Part shown: piece by piece, positions 61,935 through 64,000 of the stretch
Layout: every line of letters begins with the position of its first letter
Numbering within the stretch: position 1 is the first letter of the stretch
Source: Sphagnum compactum
Lineage: Eukaryota
DNA length: 64,000 nucleotides
Reading direction: 5' to 3'
NCBI GenBank assembly: GCA_965153455.1
Contig: OZ234493.1
Coordinates: 32,416,213 to 32,480,212, forward strand
Notes under the pieces: model-generated
What the model was told of the DNA's origin: nothing
The model's database searches: none
What the model saw: the letters and a program-made list of their open reading frames with translations, nothing else
Made by a program: the position numbers and the translations under genes

Positions 61935-64000
61935 GCAAGGACCTTGAATAGGGCCGTGTTGAGAATTTGGGTCATGTGCCAGGTCCTCATTCCCAGACTA
62001 GGCCCCTTCTCCATCCTTACCATACACATTCAAACTTTCTAGTAATAGGGGACTAAACCTCACACATAGGAATAGGGCTGGTGTCCTCAAGGATTGCACC
62101 TTATGTGTAAGGCTTCACATGTTTGTGCCAATTATGGTTTGTGAAGTGCCTCATCTTTTTTATGGAAAAGAAAATTTACCCAAGTCTTTGCACATGATAA
62201 TGCCCTTAAATGGGACAAAGCACTCGGGTCCTAGCTCTTGTTGGGCCCCTCCTTTGGGGAGGGGAACGACCCATCCTTGGCCTTATACTACACTTTGGCC
62301 CATCCTTTGACCTTTGTTTTATTAATGGTTTGTTACTCAACACAAGGTACCAACATCAGCTCTCATTGGTGCAATGATTCTAACCCTATCGCTTCTTGGA
62401 TGAAAATGTAATACATCACTCTTCATGGATGAAAAGAGGTCATCTACATATCACAATTATCCCATGCTTAGACTAGTAAATCAGGGTCCCTGAGTTCAAA
62501 TCTAACATTTTTGGGGCGTAATATGGGCCTTTAAGAGAGCTTCATAGAAAAGGTGAAGGTACCGGGCCACTTGGGTGCTCCATTGTATTCTTTGTCCTAT
62601 AGCTAACCATGGTGGTTAGATATGAACTAACCATCCACATGCATCTTATGTATCTAGTAGGCACCAAACACCTTACCTACCTACATAGTAACCACTTACA
62701 TTACCTACCTACTCACTATGATACTTTACCCATTAAGATAGGTAATCAGTTGGGTATATAGTGTGTTGGAAAAAATTGGGAAATTTTTGGATTTTATTTT
62801 TTCTATTGTACATATGACTATTTTTTGCTATTTTTGGGGTGGGGATTTTTTGGGCCAAAAATTTTCAATATAAAAAAAGCCTGCCAAAAAAAAAAGAATT
62901 AATCAATTTAATTGACTTAGCATTGATCGGCCGACCATAATGATTGGCCCATGTGATGATGCGATGGCATTCAAGAGTAAGGATAGGGGAACGATTCATT
63001 CGGCACTCCGTCGTATACATGACAAACATCAGTACGAGATGGGGTTTGTGGGTGGGAGATGCTCTTGTTAAGTCATTTTTTCAAGTATGGCCACACTCAC
63101 CAAAACTTGTCTCTATAATTTAAGTTTAAGCATCGTACCTTTGGCAAATATGATGTCGAAGTATTTATTTATTTATTTATTTGAAAAAAATAAAAGGTTT
63201 AACCATCCCAAATTTTTAAATCCAAATATAAAGAGTAGGCCTTTATGTTTTTTATTTGTAATGTTATCCCATCGGGATAGTGGAAAGACTGGGATATTTG
63301 TATAAAATGACCCGGACCAAAGATGATAGAGATTTTATAGCGATTGGACAGCGATCTCTATGTGAATAGAGTGATAAATGTTACCAGTTTTTTTCTTTCT
63401 ATTTTTCCCCCCAATTTTGTGATATCAAAAAAATTTCCAAAATAATAGCAATCTACACTAGGGGAAGAAAAAAAATATTGAGAAAAGAAACAAATTTTGT
63501 CAAAAAAATCACCAACAAGAGAACAAAACCTCAAGCTATAGAGTTCTAGAGATCACTTCCTCTAAAGTTGGCACAACACAAGCCCAACCTAAACCCTAAA
63601 CATTTGAGCAGTCTGAGTCCAAAGAACTAGGAGCATCTCTCCAGCTGTGGCCAATATGTGACCCTGCAAGAATATTTCTCACACCCAAGTTCAGTTATTT
63701 TACTTTTTTCCAACCCCATCCATAAAACTAGAACTGGGACTGCAAATAGGTGGGAGACTACTAATAGCAAACCACTTGGACCAATCATTATGATTGTCCA
63801 TTTAGAAACAGGGAGCTGCTGTCAGATCATCATATTCATTACAAACCTCTTCTCTCTCTCGCAGGTGTTAGGTATTTTTTGTGCCTTTTACCCGCCTCAG
63901 CAAATTGTCCAAAAATGAATGCTGGGAGAAAACCATTTTGCTGAGCCAAATCAACATGTTTTGACTTTTCTTCATCCAATGTTAATTTGCAGGTTCACAT

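Noticed and set aside
63655..64000. Probable dispersed repeat at the window end (similar suspicion for 38440-38720 and 51555-51695)
   Set aside because: They look like high-copy interspersed repeats, but there is no second copy, terminus or TSD inside the window to support a call.

Overview
Eukaryotic, intron-rich land-plant genomic DNA. The gene set and repeat landscape suggest a bryophyte, probably Sphagnum; this is inference, not demonstrated. I reconstructed eight protein-coding genes by hand from splice sites and conserved motifs: a tail-anchored UBC33/34-type E2 enzyme (+), an MscS-like mechanosensitive channel (+), plastid ribosomal protein L31 (+), a DCAF8-like WD40 protein (-), tRNA-His guanylyltransferase THG1 (+), a SCAB actin-binding protein (-), LHCB6/CP24 (-) and a single-exon BKI1/MAKR-like protein (-). 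The intergenic DNA holds three decayed hAT transposase remnants (one with TIRs and an 8-bp TSD), a 900-bp solo LTR, a non-autonomous CACTA element carrying a tRNA-like segment, a TA-flanked MITE and several local duplications. The most unusual observations are: three 55-72-bp-period repeat arrays abutting genes (two directly behind stop codons, one with a divergence gradient towards a promoter); an in-frame His-rich extra exon inside SCAB; and recurrent G-rich rather than pyrimidine-rich 3' splice sites. No CRISPR array, rRNA or convincing functional tRNA was found. All coordinates were counted manually.
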